Shown here: positions 29,713 to 39,411 of the stretch, piece by piece | Layout: the number at the start of each line of letters is the position of its first letter | Numbering within the stretch: the first letter of the stretch is position 1 | NCBI GenBank assembly: GCA_049320885.1 | Contig: JBMORA010000025.1 | Location: 68,913-132,912, forward strand | Length of the DNA stretch: 64,000 nucleotides | DNA from: Thermodesulfobacteriota bacterium | GTDB taxonomy: Bacteria; Desulfobacterota; Desulfobacteria; Desulfobacterales; SURF-7 | Direction of reading: 5' to 3' | Position numbers and translations under genes: made by a program | The notes under the pieces: generated by a model | Database searches by the model: none | Told to the model about the DNA's origin: nothing | Seen by the model: only the letters and a program-made list of their open reading frames with translations

Positions 29713-30204
29713 ATGGGCAACATTTCGAATAGGCCGAAGATATCGAATTTTATTGTAAAGGCCATTCGGGGAACATTGGAGCATCGGGCCACCTGGTTGT
29801 ATCTGTTATTGAAAGAAGCGGAGAAAAAAGGCCTGGGGTGGGAGGATATCGGGTACCCGGCGATTCACGCCTGCGGGAATCTCCACGGCCGGGAACTCGT
29901 TCGCCAGGGGGACACCGACAGCCTGAAGGGTCTGAAAAAGACCCTGTTCACGCTACCCGCCCGGATTGTATTCGAAATGAAGATTCTCGAATCCAGCGCT
30001 CATCGCCTGTCGATTGATTTCGGTTATTGCCCCCTGGTCGGGGCCTGGCAGAAACTGGGGTGCACGGACGAAGAAATCGGCCGGCTCTGCGATATCGCCA
30101 TGGAAGGGGATCGCGGCATTGCGGAGAGCTATGGCGGGAAGTTGGATCTTGGCGCCACCATCGCCCGCGGCGCGGAAAAATGCCAAATCCGTTTCGTCAA
30201 ATAG
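29713..30204 (+). CDS. L-2-amino-thiazoline-4-carboxylic acid hydrolase-like family protein
   Basis: EHRATW, YCPLVGAW..LG, LCDIAMEGD, TIARG...C conserved-Cys pattern. Confidence 0.7.
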   Translation: MGNISNRPKISNFIVKAIRGTLEHRATWLYLLLKEAEKKGLGWEDIGYPAIHACGNLHGRELVRQGDTDSLKGLKKTLFTLPARIVFEMKILESSAHRLSIDFGYCPLVGAWQKLGCTDEEIGRLCDIAMEGDRGIAESYGGKLDLGATIARGAEKCQIRFVK

Positions 30205-30290
30205 GGCCAGGCCATCGTGCCTGGCTTACTGCGTCGGCTCGAAGGCCGGAACCGATCCATTGATTCATTTCGGCCATGGGAGATATTCGC

Positions 30291-31415
30291 ATGCCTGGAA
30301 AGATTATGCTTGTCGGTTTAGGCGGTGTCGCCAAGGCGGCCCTGCAACTCATGGTTACGAAACCGGAAATCAAGACGATTGTCGTGGCAAGCCGGAATGG
30401 GCAACAAGGGGAGGCCTTCTGCAACCTTGTCGCCGCCGGCGCCCTTGCCCAGGGATTTCAGCCCCAAATCGATACCGTCAGCGTTGATCTGAACCAACCC
30501 GAGCGGACAGCGGAAATCATATCGCTGGAAAATCCGGATGTGATCTTCAGCACGGCCACCTTGATGAGCCCATGGCTCACCGGGCGGCTGCCCCTGGAAG
30601 TCAACCTGGCCCTGTACCCCGCGGGATTCGGCGTCTGGCTGCCCATGCATTTACCCCTCACCATGAAGCTCATGCGGGCAGTCCGTTTGGCCGGCTACCG
30701 AGGGATCACCCTCACAGCGCCTTTTCCGGACATCGTCAACTGCATGCTTGCCGGAATGAATCTTTCGCCCACGAGCGGAATCGGCAATGTGGATTTATAC
30801 ATACCGAAAGTGAAGCGTCTTGCCGCCGAAGCTCTCGGTGTCTCCACCGCTGACATTGAGGTGAAACTGGTGGCCCATCACGCACTGATGCCGTATTTCA
30901 TGGGTCTCGCCACCGATCACCATCCTCCTTTCCATCTGGCCGTCAAATATCGGGGGGCCGATGTCACCCGGGAAATCGACGCCCGGAAACTGCTCGCGAC
31001 CCACCTTCCGGCCATCGTGGGACCGGAAACGAATTATGTCACCGCCAGCTCGGCCGTGCGGTTGATTCAGGCGTTTCTTTCCGAAAAGGATACGGAAACC
31101 CATGCCCCTTCTCCCAATGGACTGCCGGGCGGGTATCCGGTGACTGTCAACAGCCATGGAATCAAGCTGTCTCTGGTGGAAGGTGTGACCACGGAGCAGG
31201 CGATCCAAATTAACGAGGACTCGCAGCCGTTCGACGGTATTCAGCGCATCAAACCCGACGGAACGGCGGTTTTCACGGATGCGGCGGTTCAGGCGCTCAC
31301 CGCTTCTTTCCATTTTACCTGCAACGAGCTGCACCCCGACGAATCGCCCGCCCTGGCGGAAGAGCTGCTGGCCAAAGTCCGGGAACGCATGCAAATCGGC
31401 AACCAAGAGAGGTGA
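30291..31415 (+). CDS. NAD(P)-dependent Rossmann-fold oxidoreductase (saccharopine-dehydrogenase-like N-terminus)
   Basis: IMLVGLGGVA, VVASRN, GIGNV, P.GLPGGYPV. Confidence 0.65.
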   Translation: MPGKIMLVGLGGVAKAALQLMVTKPEIKTIVVASRNGQQGEAFCNLVAAGALAQGFQPQIDTVSVDLNQPERTAEIISLENPDVIFSTATLMSPWLTGRLPLEVNLALYPAGFGVWLPMHLPLTMKLMRAVRLAGYRGITLTAPFPDIVNCMLAGMNLSPTSGIGNVDLYIPKVKRLAAEALGVSTADIEVKLVAHHALMPYFMGLATDHHPPFHLAVKYRGADVTREIDARKLLATHLPAIVGPETNYVTASSAVRLIQAFLSEKDTETHAPSPNGLPGGYPVTVNSHGIKLSLVEGVTTEQAIQINEDSQPFDGIQRIKPDGTAVFTDAAVQALTASFHFTCNELHPDESPALAEELLAKVRERMQIGNQER

Positions 31416-31419
31416 TCCA

Positions 31420-31788
31420 ATGAAAACGGGTTTATTCGTTTTACTTCTGACGGTAGTCTTTCCTGCCTACTGCTGGAGCGACTGCACCTATTGCCAGGCG
31501 GTTACCCCGGACGGGTGTGATAACTGCATCCGTGATTGCACCCAGCTTGTGAATTCCCTTACCAATGATCTCAACGAAGCAATGCATCAGCATCAAAACG
31601 CCCTTGAAATTTATAATGACTGTAAACGTAAGAACCCCAACGATGACTGCCGTTCCAAACGGCAGTTTGTGGAAAGCGCCAGGTATTCCGTGGATGACTA
31701 TAAACGGAAATTACTCAAGGCCCGGGAAATGATGGACCATGCCAGGGATTGGTGTGAAAAAGTCTCCAGAAATGCCGGGCGGCAGTGA
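31420..31788 (+). CDS. Small secreted cysteine-rich hypothetical protein
   Basis: GAGG RBS, signal peptide MKTGLFVLLLTVVFPAYCWS, 8 Cys in mature part. Confidence 0.7.
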   Translation: MKTGLFVLLLTVVFPAYCWSDCTYCQAVTPDGCDNCIRDCTQLVNSLTNDLNEAMHQHQNALEIYNDCKRKNPNDDCRSKRQFVESARYSVDDYKRKLLKAREMMDHARDWCEKVSRNAGRQ

Positions 31789-31858
31789 GCTTCCTGCCCG
31801 CGGGGCCGTGTGTCTTTGATATTTCTTAACGACCCCGCGGCGCTGTGCGGGATGGAAG

Positions 31859-32269
31859 TCATCGGTGACTGCTGATAATAATATAATCCGCATATTTCAT
31901 ATCCTCTTCCAGAACATGGTTGGTCCACCAATCCCTCAGGTACGTCAACAAGTCCGAATTCAGTTCAGCCCGCCCTTTTTCGAAATCTTCCAAAAAAACC
32001 CCCATTTTTTTTACGTATTCCACATGGGCGTCGATATGCTCCCTGAGCATGGGGAAATCATGCCGCGCCATATATTTATTTTCGGAGTTAAAATGATAAC
32101 CGGTATAATCGACCAGTTCTTTCAGACAGTCAAAAGTTTTGCCCGAATCCGTTCGTCCGCCCTGAATGTCGATCAGTTTATTGATGATTGAAAATAGCTT
32201 CTTGTGTTGCGTATCGAGTTCCTCGTCATTGACCGACATGTCCTTTGTCCAGAAAAGCTGATTTTGCAT
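31859..32269 (-). CDS. Bacteriohemerythrin
   Basis: LDTQHKKL, YTGYHFNSEN, EHIDAH, WWTNHVLEEDMKY. Confidence 0.92.
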   Translation of the reverse strand: MQNQLFWTKDMSVNDEELDTQHKKLFSIINKLIDIQGGRTDSGKTFDCLKELVDYTGYHFNSENKYMARHDFPMLREHIDAHVEYVKKMGVFLEDFEKGRAELNSDLLTYLRDWWTNHVLEEDMKYADYIIISSHR

Positions 32270-32527
32270 CTTTTACCTCTGATTGGGCTGTGTGACACGT
32301 TTCCCCCAATATGGGTTCAGTTGGCTTGGCCATCCCCGAATCAAGGTCGGCACGAGTGACAGGTTATGCCCCAATTGCTTCTTTTGGCAACAGTTGTTTG
32401 CAATTTCTCCGCTGCTGATGGTTTGTTTCGTGCAATATATTGGGCGATTTCCGAAGGTCTGTCAATTTAAATGCCAATCCGGAGCAAATGGATTTGAACT
32501 TGACATGCATACCATCTTGGCATATCG

Positions 32528-32549
32528 AGAGAATGAACGTTCACTCTCT
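32528..32549. promoter_or_regulatory. 22-bp palindromic operator before tetR (TTGACA at 32500)
   Basis: AGAGAATGAACGTTCACTCTCT; near copy at 33222. Confidence 0.75.
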
Positions 32550-32561
32550 GATTCACATGTT

Positions 32562-33203
32562 ATGAATGACACTTTCCGAAAACTCGAAAAAATACGTCAA
32601 AATGAAATCCTTGACGCTGCCGCCGAAGTTTTTGCAGATCATGGATATCATGGGGCATCCATTCCCGCAATATGCTCAAAAGCGGGCATTTCCGTGGGAG
32701 CTTTATATAAGTATTTTAATAACAAAGAGGCTTTATACATCGCCATTTTACAAAGAATGGCCGACCTGTTGATCAGCGAGTTTTACGGAAGAATCCAAAT
32801 CCATCAGGAATCCCTGCTGGATACGATCCAGCAGATCCTGACAAACATGACCGAGACCCCCTTGTTTTTTCAATACAAGCAGTACGTTATTCTCTACATC
32901 GATGTCGGCTCATATTCCATGAACGGGTTTGCGGAGTCCATCACCGACCGTTTTGAAAACATCGGCCGCGAATTTTATACCGATCTGGTGGAACATTTTA
33001 AGAAATCTCGGCAAGTGCGCACGGAAATCAAAACAGACCATGCGGCCTATTTCATCGACAGCTATGTGACATTATATGCCTACACGCTGGTGAGTGCCCA
33101 TCACCGCTTGCGCTTTGACCGGTTCTTTACAAATGGTGATGAATCCATAAGCCATGTGCAGCGGATTTCCATCATATTGGATTCCATAAAAATGCTGCTC
33201 TAA
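32562..33203 (+). CDS. TetR/AcrR family regulator
   Basis: ILDAAAEVFADHGYHGASIPAICSKAGISVGALYKYFNNKE HTH. Confidence 0.9.
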   Translation: MNDTFRKLEKIRQNEILDAAAEVFADHGYHGASIPAICSKAGISVGALYKYFNNKEALYIAILQRMADLLISEFYGRIQIHQESLLDTIQQILTNMTETPLFFQYKQYVILYIDVGSYSMNGFAESITDRFENIGREFYTDLVEHFKKSRQVRTEIKTDHAAYFIDSYVTLYAYTLVSAHHRLRFDRFFTNGDESISHVQRISIILDSIKMLL

Positions 33204-33221
33204 TTTTTTTCTTGCCCTTAA

Positions 33222-33243
33222 AGAGAACGAATGTTCATTCTCT
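33222..33243. promoter_or_regulatory. Second copy of the palindromic operator, before the decarboxylase
   Basis: AGAGAACGAATGTTCATTCTCT. Confidence 0.75.
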
Positions 33244-33269
33244 GCCATCCATTAAAAAAGGAGGCCCGC

Positions 33270-34781
33270 ATGTCACCAGGAATCAAACGCATGGACGATT
33301 GTCTCTCCATCAGAAACGGTCGCCTTTTTATTGAGGAGTGCGACGCCGTTGAACTGACCAGAAAATTCGGATCGCCGATATTTGCCGTTTCCGAGGACCA
33401 GCTCAGGCGCAACATTCGAAAATTTCAGCAAAGCTTTAAGGCCGGGTGGACCGATGGCCCTGTAAAGCTGATGCCGGCCGCCAAAGCCAGCTGGTCTCAC
33501 GCGATCCAGAAAATAATCGCTGATGAAGGTTGCGGGTGCGACATTTATTCGCCCGGGGAGCTGGCTGTGGCGCTCGATTCAGGGTTTGATCCGCAGTATA
33601 TTTCCGTCAACGGAGTTCCCAAGGATGATGATCACCTAGAAAATGCAATTAAACGAGGGGCGCGGATCACCCTCGATGGGCTTGAGGAGATCGATGCTGT
33701 TGAGCAAATTGCCAACCGGTTGAACAAAACCGCCATGGTAAGGTTGCGTCTGCGGCCGATCCTTTCCGGATTCCGCAAGTTTTCCCATTTCAATCCCACC
33801 GGGCCCGTTGCCACCGATTTGGCGGCCATGGCCTACAAAGGCGGTATGGTGTACACCCAGGCCATCGAAATCGGAAAAAGAATCATGAAGATGAAAAATG
33901 TGGCGCTGGTGGGATTCCATGAGCACCACGGGCGTCATCATCCATCCACACGGTACTGGGCGGAGCAGATGAAATCCTTTGCAAAAGAGATGGGATATGT
34001 GTGCAAAGCCCTGGGCGGCTACCAGCCGCGGGAGATCAGCATCGGTGGCGGTTTTGCTGGCCGTAGAGACCCCTTTAATGCAGAAACCCATTATACCGAA
34101 CCCTATCAATTGCTGGCTCTGCATGGGCTTTCATTTGTTCTGAGTCTCTTTGGCTCGAGAATACGATATGCCGTAATCGATTTCCTGTTGGACATGCTGA
34201 TGGAATACCGCCCCAACACCAATCTTGCGCCCACCATCGAAGACTATGCAAAGGTCTGTACATCGACGTTGAAAGAATATCTCCCGAAAAACGGCATCTC
34301 CACACAGGGGCTGATGCTGCAGATGGAGCCGGGCCGATCCCTCCATGGCGATACCGCGGTCCACTTGACCACCGTAAAAAACGTCAAGCCTGTGGATCGG
34401 CCGATTAAATGGAATAAATGCATCCTCGACACAACGGAGTTTTGGTTCACCGGTGGGCGCTACGAGCACCATCTCCATGACTATGTCATCGCCAACCGGG
34501 CGGATGAGAAAAAGATCGAAAAAGCGGATATCATCGGCAGGAGCTGTTATGGAGACCGCCTGCTTCCCTTTGTCCGGGTTCCGAAGAACCTCAAGGCGGG
34601 TGATATTTTCGCGCTGCTGGACGTGGGCGCCTACCAGGAGGTGTCCATGAGCAACTTCAACGCCATGCCCAGACCCGCGACCTTCCTGATACGGGGTGGT
34701 TCGGTACACCTGATTCGCAAACCGGAGACCTTGGAAGACGTTTTCAGGCGTGATGTGGTGCCGGAGCATTTGGCGTCATGA
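33270..34781 (+). CDS. Fold-type III PLP decarboxylase (diaminopimelate/ornithine/arginine decarboxylase superfamily), atypical
   Basis: FGSP, PAAKAS (PLP Lys), DIYSPGE, NGVPK, IGGGF, EPGRSL, GRSC, DVGAY, SNFN..PRPA. Confidence 0.82.
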   Translation: MSPGIKRMDDCLSIRNGRLFIEECDAVELTRKFGSPIFAVSEDQLRRNIRKFQQSFKAGWTDGPVKLMPAAKASWSHAIQKIIADEGCGCDIYSPGELAVALDSGFDPQYISVNGVPKDDDHLENAIKRGARITLDGLEEIDAVEQIANRLNKTAMVRLRLRPILSGFRKFSHFNPTGPVATDLAAMAYKGGMVYTQAIEIGKRIMKMKNVALVGFHEHHGRHHPSTRYWAEQMKSFAKEMGYVCKALGGYQPREISIGGGFAGRRDPFNAETHYTEPYQLLALHGLSFVLSLFGSRIRYAVIDFLLDMLMEYRPNTNLAPTIEDYAKVCTSTLKEYLPKNGISTQGLMLQMEPGRSLHGDTAVHLTTVKNVKPVDRPIKWNKCILDTTEFWFTGGRYEHHLHDYVIANRADEKKIEKADIIGRSCYGDRLLPFVRVPKNLKAGDIFALLDVGAYQEVSMSNFNAMPRPATFLIRGGSVHLIRKPETLEDVFRRDVVPEHLAS

Positions 34782-34849
34782 TTGATTACTGGACACGTCC
34801 CGGGCCAGACGGCTGTTACGGACTAGTTTCCAATCACTTGATGGATGTT

Positions 34850-35011
34850 CGGCTGCCGGCTGCACCGAAAAAACCGCTTTGCTTTCATCCATGTAATTCG
34901 TGTAATCCGTGGTTGAAAAGCTTTTCAGCTCGTTTTTGTTACAACCACCCGCTGCGCTGACACGAAGAGCGCGAAATAACGGTGAATGGAGGTTCCACCT
35001 CCCCTGGCGCT
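34850..35011 (+). repeat. About 160-bp dispersed intergenic repeat, copy 1
   Basis: Aligns with 43711..43872 (GTGTAATCCGTGGTT, CTTTTCAGCTCGTTTTTGTT, CTGACACGAAG, CCCCTGGCGCT). Confidence 0.85.
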
Positions 35012-35028
35012 GTGGTGTCCTGTTTTCA

Positions 35029-35057
35029 TTGACACTCAACCCAGCCTTCTCTATACT
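35029..35057 (+). promoter_or_regulatory. Near-consensus sigma-70 promoter
   Basis: TTGACA-17 nt-TATACT. Confidence 0.65.
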
Positions 35058-35145
35058 CCCCCACAAAAAGCAAATACTTATCAGCTGCAACCGCAGGACG
35101 TAAACTGTCTTGGGATTTGAAACCCATAAACCGGATGTCGAAGAA

Positions 35146-35994
35146 ATGAATGACCATCAGAAATCTGCCTCGACCGAAGAAGAAACCAGCAACCACGCTT
35201 TCATGAATCCGGAACGTTTGGTTTTCATCCGAAAGGTCGCGGGCAGAGTCGGGGCCTTGTTTTTTCTGCTTCTTGCCATAGTTCTTGCGGATTCATTGGC
35301 TTCGAGGTTTAGGACGGAATATAATGTTTATTACACAAAAGTGGATGGGCAGTTCGACCTGACCGGCGTCATGCCTGAAAATTCAAAAAAGGTGGAGGAC
35401 CTTTTTGCGGAAACGGATTCTCCGGAGGTGATACCGGCATTCACCGAGGTGTTTTCCGGTTTCTGGTTTGGCAGTCCCATGTGGCGTGCGAAAGTGCGGG
35501 TTTCTGCAAAAGCCCTTCCCGGCGAATATTATATCAAGGTTCGGGATATTCGCGATACCAAGGTCAATCCGGCCCTGGTCTTTCTTGCCAAGGTGTATCC
35601 GGATGCGCTGAGCCTGAGAAAAAGTCATGGTCCGTTTCTTAAGCGTCATTTTTCCATAACCATAGAATGGGCGGCACCAATTCTGCTTACGGGACTGGGA
35701 TTGATCATGTTTTTTAATTATGGTGTTTCAACCCTTCTGGAAAAGATGCTGGCCGATACCGGACGTGCAGAGGTCTATATGGTCAAACGCGTGCCCGATG
35801 GAATACAAATCGCCTTTTCCCTTGGGAAAAAGCATAATCTGAAGATCGGTGAACAGCTTGATATCTTGAATGCACAAGGCAACGAGATCGGCGAGGCCAC
35901 GGTGCTGTCCCTGGGCAAATCAGACTCGATAGCAGCCGTCGTCACATCCATCGACGCCAGAAGCATCGCCAGTGTCGGGCGACGTCCGACCTAA
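35146..35994 (+). CDS. Hypothetical membrane protein (two TM segments)
   Basis: Long ORF downstream of a promoter; two hydrophobic helices flank a soluble domain. Confidence 0.7.
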   Translation: MNDHQKSASTEEETSNHAFMNPERLVFIRKVAGRVGALFFLLLAIVLADSLASRFRTEYNVYYTKVDGQFDLTGVMPENSKKVEDLFAETDSPEVIPAFTEVFSGFWFGSPMWRAKVRVSAKALPGEYYIKVRDIRDTKVNPALVFLAKVYPDALSLRKSHGPFLKRHFSITIEWAAPILLTGLGLIMFFNYGVSTLLEKMLADTGRAEVYMVKRVPDGIQIAFSLGKKHNLKIGEQLDILNAQGNEIGEATVLSLGKSDSIAAVVTSIDARSIASVGRRPT

Positions 35995-36202
35995 AAATGA
36001 TTATCCTCAAGGAAACCGACATCCTGACCGTTGCCGGCGGGGTAACGGGGGTGCTGTTCTCCACGCCGGGATCAGGCTTCTTCGGGGCTTTTGTCCGGAG
36101 CATCATGCCATACGTGCCCTCCGGTCGAATGATCCGGTTCGAACCTTTGCTGGCGGTACGCTGCATTCTTTTTTCCAACGTCATCGGTAAAAGGGGAAAA
36201 AT

Positions 36203-37882
36203 ATGATAAGAATCATTTCAGGAATTATCCAGGAATGCCCGGAAATACTTATATTTTTGTCCTTGGCGTTTGGTTATGCAATTGGAAAAATCAAAATAAA
36301 AGGATTCGGCATCGGAACGACCGCTTCCGTATTGCTGGTCGCCATGATGCTCGGACAATTCGGCATCGAAGTCCCGCCCGTTCTCAAAAGCATCAGCTTT
36401 GCCCTTTTTGCGTTTTGCATCGGATACCAGGTAGGTCCGCAGTTTTTCAGCGCCTTGCGGAAAGAAGGCATCAATTATCTCTGGATATCCGGTGTACTTG
36501 TGCTGGCAGGGCTGGCGACAGCCATTATCGTGGGCAAGCTCCTGCATTTTGACAAGGGGACGACAGCCGGATTGTTTGCCGGCGCCATGACTCAGTCAGC
36601 GGTTATCGGGACCGCTGACGGCGCTGTGGATCAACTGGCCATTCCCGCGACGGAAAAGCAAACCCTATACAACAATATCGCTGTATCATATGCCATCAGT
36701 TATCTTTTCGGCGTGGTGGGTGTGATCATATTTTTCAAATTTCTGCCAGGCTTGTTGCGCATCGACTTGAAATCCGAAGCGCGGAATCTTGAAGAGACCA
36801 TGGGCGGCGGGACTGATGTAAACAGCCCGGAATTATTTTCATGGTCGCGTCAGGTTGGCCTTCGGGCATATGAAGCCACCAATCCCCAAATCTTCGAAAA
36901 AAGCGTCCGGGAAATTGAAGGGCGGTTCCCTGCCCGGATTTCCATTTACCAAATCCAACGGGATAAAACATTATTTGAGGTTTTTCCGGATACGGTTGTC
37001 ATGCCGAAGGATATTCTGGTCCTGGCGGGCAAATATGTCGGCCTGGTCTGCGCATCCGATATCGTCGGTCGGGAAATTGACGTCAGCACTGTGGTCGACA
37101 TGGTCGGCGAATCTTTGGATGTTTGCGTGCTGAACCCTGCAGTGGTTGGAAAGACGCTGGGCGAGGTCGGGAAAACAAATGCTGCGCATGGCATTTTTTT
37201 AACCCGGATCTCCCGGCAGGGGCATGAGCTTCCCATTCTTGAGAATACGGTTATCCAGAAATGCGATGTGCTGCATCTTGTCGGCGCAAAGGATGATGTC
37301 GAAAGGGCCGCAACGGCGTTGGGTTATGCCCAGCGCTCTACAGCGGTCACCGATCTGGTGATGGTCGGCATCGGATGCGCACTGGGCACCCTGATTGGCA
37401 TGATCGTTATTCCCATCGCTGGTATTCCCCTAACGCTCGGCACAGGCGGCGGAGTGTTGGCTGCCGGACTCATATGCGGATGGCTGCGCTCAAAACATCC
37501 CACTTTCGGTCAAATACCTGACGGCGGACAATGGCTTCTAAATGATCTGGGTTTGAGCCTTTTTGTCGCCTGTGTGGGGCTCGGGTCCGGAAAGGCGGCG
37601 ATTCAGGCCCTTCAGACCAAGGGGCTTGAGATATTTTTTGCCGGCGTCATTATTTCACTTGTGCCGATCCTTGTAGGCGCATTTTTCGGGAAATTTGTTC
37701 TCAAAATGAACTCTGTTTTGCTTCTGGGCGCCCTCACCGGGGCCAGGGTCATTCCCCAGGCCATGACCGCGTTGGAGGAAGACGCTGAAAGCAAGACGCT
37801 GGCCCTGGGATTCGCCGCGCCTTTTGCATTTGCCAATGTTTTTCTGACCGTCATGGGCAGCATTATCGTCAACCTGATGTAA
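36203..37882 (+). CDS. AspT/YidE/YbjL family antiporter with TrkA-C domains
   Basis: IGYQVGPQFF, GLFAGAMTQSAVIG, LGTGGGVL, HPTFGQIP. Confidence 0.88.
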   Translation: MIRIISGIIQECPEILIFLSLAFGYAIGKIKIKGFGIGTTASVLLVAMMLGQFGIEVPPVLKSISFALFAFCIGYQVGPQFFSALRKEGINYLWISGVLVLAGLATAIIVGKLLHFDKGTTAGLFAGAMTQSAVIGTADGAVDQLAIPATEKQTLYNNIAVSYAISYLFGVVGVIIFFKFLPGLLRIDLKSEARNLEETMGGGTDVNSPELFSWSRQVGLRAYEATNPQIFEKSVREIEGRFPARISIYQIQRDKTLFEVFPDTVVMPKDILVLAGKYVGLVCASDIVGREIDVSTVVDMVGESLDVCVLNPAVVGKTLGEVGKTNAAHGIFLTRISRQGHELPILENTVIQKCDVLHLVGAKDDVERAATALGYAQRSTAVTDLVMVGIGCALGTLIGMIVIPIAGIPLTLGTGGGVLAAGLICGWLRSKHPTFGQIPDGGQWLLNDLGLSLFVACVGLGSGKAAIQALQTKGLEIFFAGVIISLVPILVGAFFGKFVLKMNSVLLLGALTGARVIPQAMTALEEDAESKTLALGFAAPFAFANVFLTVMGSIIVNLM

Positions 37883-37900
37883 CAGAAGGAAGGGCTCACG

Positions 37901-37959
37901 GGGTTTGCGGTTCAGTGGTTCAACGGTTCAAAAAACATGAACCGCGAACCCTGAACCAC
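37901..37959. terminator. GGTTCA/TGAACC-based inverted-repeat hairpin between convergent genes
   Basis: GGGTTTGCGGTTCA...TGAACCGCGAACCC plus GTGGTTCA/TGAACCAC. Confidence 0.55.
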
Positions 37960-37965
37960 ACACGA

Positions 37966-39258
37966 TTATGCGTGCCCGCGCCGAGGCGTCTTTCCCTGGA
38001 GTATATGCACCACCGTTGTGTCCACCAGTCCCATGCCTTCCAACGAGATTTTGCTCAAATTGCTGATGGATTCCTCAGCCGATGTACCGATGACACCGTC
38101 ATCTGATGATACCCCATAGCCGGCCAAGGCCATAAACGCCGAACGCATTGCGGTTTCCGCGCCGGTCACGATTTTCATGGAGCATCCTGATTTGGCGCCG
38201 TCGCAGATAATGCCGCACAAATCCGCGATGATGTTGTCAACGGCAAACGTGATTTTCACCATGTCGATTCCGGTCTGCTGATACACAATGGCGGTCGCTG
38301 CCGCGATGCTCGCGGCAATTGCGCATCCGCAGATCACCGACAATTCGCCCGTAAAGCATTTGATGTAAGAATTCACCGCGTGACTGACGGCGACGCTTTC
38401 CTGAATGCGGGGTAGTTCAATGCCCTGATCACGGCCCACCAAATAGGGGACTAAAATGGTCAACACACCCTGGTTCCCGGACCCGCCACTGGTCATTACC
38501 GGCTCGGCCATTCCGCCCATGCGCGCATCCAGCGCTGAGGCCACCCGCTGTTTCACCCGGTAAAACAAATCATCGGCCTTGAGACCGCGTTTCATCATTT
38601 GCTGTATCTGAAAAGCGTTTCTTTTCAGATCAACGCCTTTTTCAGATATGGCCAGATTCATGTCGATTCCCCGTTGAATATAAGCCCGCGATTCGTCGTC
38701 CAGAATGATGACTTCGTGAAGGACTTCCTCGAGTGTCATTGATTTGAGCCGGTCGCGGTAATTATGAGCCGTTGCCCCGGCGTGGGGATGCGAATCGATA
38801 ATGGACCGGCCGTCTTTTTCAAGGCGGCTGATATTGGTATGTCCTTCGGATACCACGCACCGGACGTGGGACCCGGCTCCCTGGGCTTTGACTTCAATCT
38901 GAAAACCTTTTTCATCTTCCTTGCACTGGTATGTCAACTTCCCGGAATCCATAAGGTCATTTGCTTTTTTGAGAATCTCGGGGGTGACGGATTTTAAGAT
39001 TTCAAGGCGAAGATTTGATTTGGCGAGGACGGCGCCCAGGGCTGCTGCGACCACATTGCCTTTTTGGCCATTGCTGTTGGGAATGGTAACCGCAGCGCCG
39101 TTTTTATATGTACCGGGGTCCACTATCAGCTCAAGTCGCTCCAATGGCGCATTCAGCTGTTCGACGGCGGCGGCGCATGCGTATGCGCACGATATCGGTT
39201 CAGTGCAACCCACGGCAGGGAAAACTTCATTTGCAAAAATTTCTTTGATCAGTTCCAT
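37966..39258 (-). CDS. L-cysteine desulfidase-like protein (YhaM/CyuA, serine dehydratase alpha family)
   Basis: PAVGCTEP, ARMGG...VMTSGGSGNQG, LSVICGC, GIICDGAKSGC. Confidence 0.87.
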   Translation of the reverse strand: MELIKEIFANEVFPAVGCTEPISCAYACAAAVEQLNAPLERLELIVDPGTYKNGAAVTIPNSNGQKGNVVAAALGAVLAKSNLRLEILKSVTPEILKKANDLMDSGKLTYQCKEDEKGFQIEVKAQGAGSHVRCVVSEGHTNISRLEKDGRSIIDSHPHAGATAHNYRDRLKSMTLEEVLHEVIILDDESRAYIQRGIDMNLAISEKGVDLKRNAFQIQQMMKRGLKADDLFYRVKQRVASALDARMGGMAEPVMTSGGSGNQGVLTILVPYLVGRDQGIELPRIQESVAVSHAVNSYIKCFTGELSVICGCAIAASIAAATAIVYQQTGIDMVKITFAVDNIIADLCGIICDGAKSGCSMKIVTGAETAMRSAFMALAGYGVSSDDGVIGTSAEESISNLSKISLEGMGLVDTTVVHILQGKTPRRGHA

Positions 39259-39411
39259 GATAGTTTCCTTTCTTCAATTTCTGAAATATCGATGAGTTCG
39301 CTTTTTTGATATTCGACCAAGAGGGGATTCTGTCCGTGGGAAGAAGAGTCCTCAACAAGCACCCCTGCCCCGGGGCACCCGCCGGGCGAGCAGTCGTTGA
39401 ACGGCCGTGCT

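Noticed and set aside
35997..36206. 69-aa ORF between the membrane protein and the antiporter
   Set aside because: It fits the gap but has no recognisable motif or clear RBS; not enough support to call.
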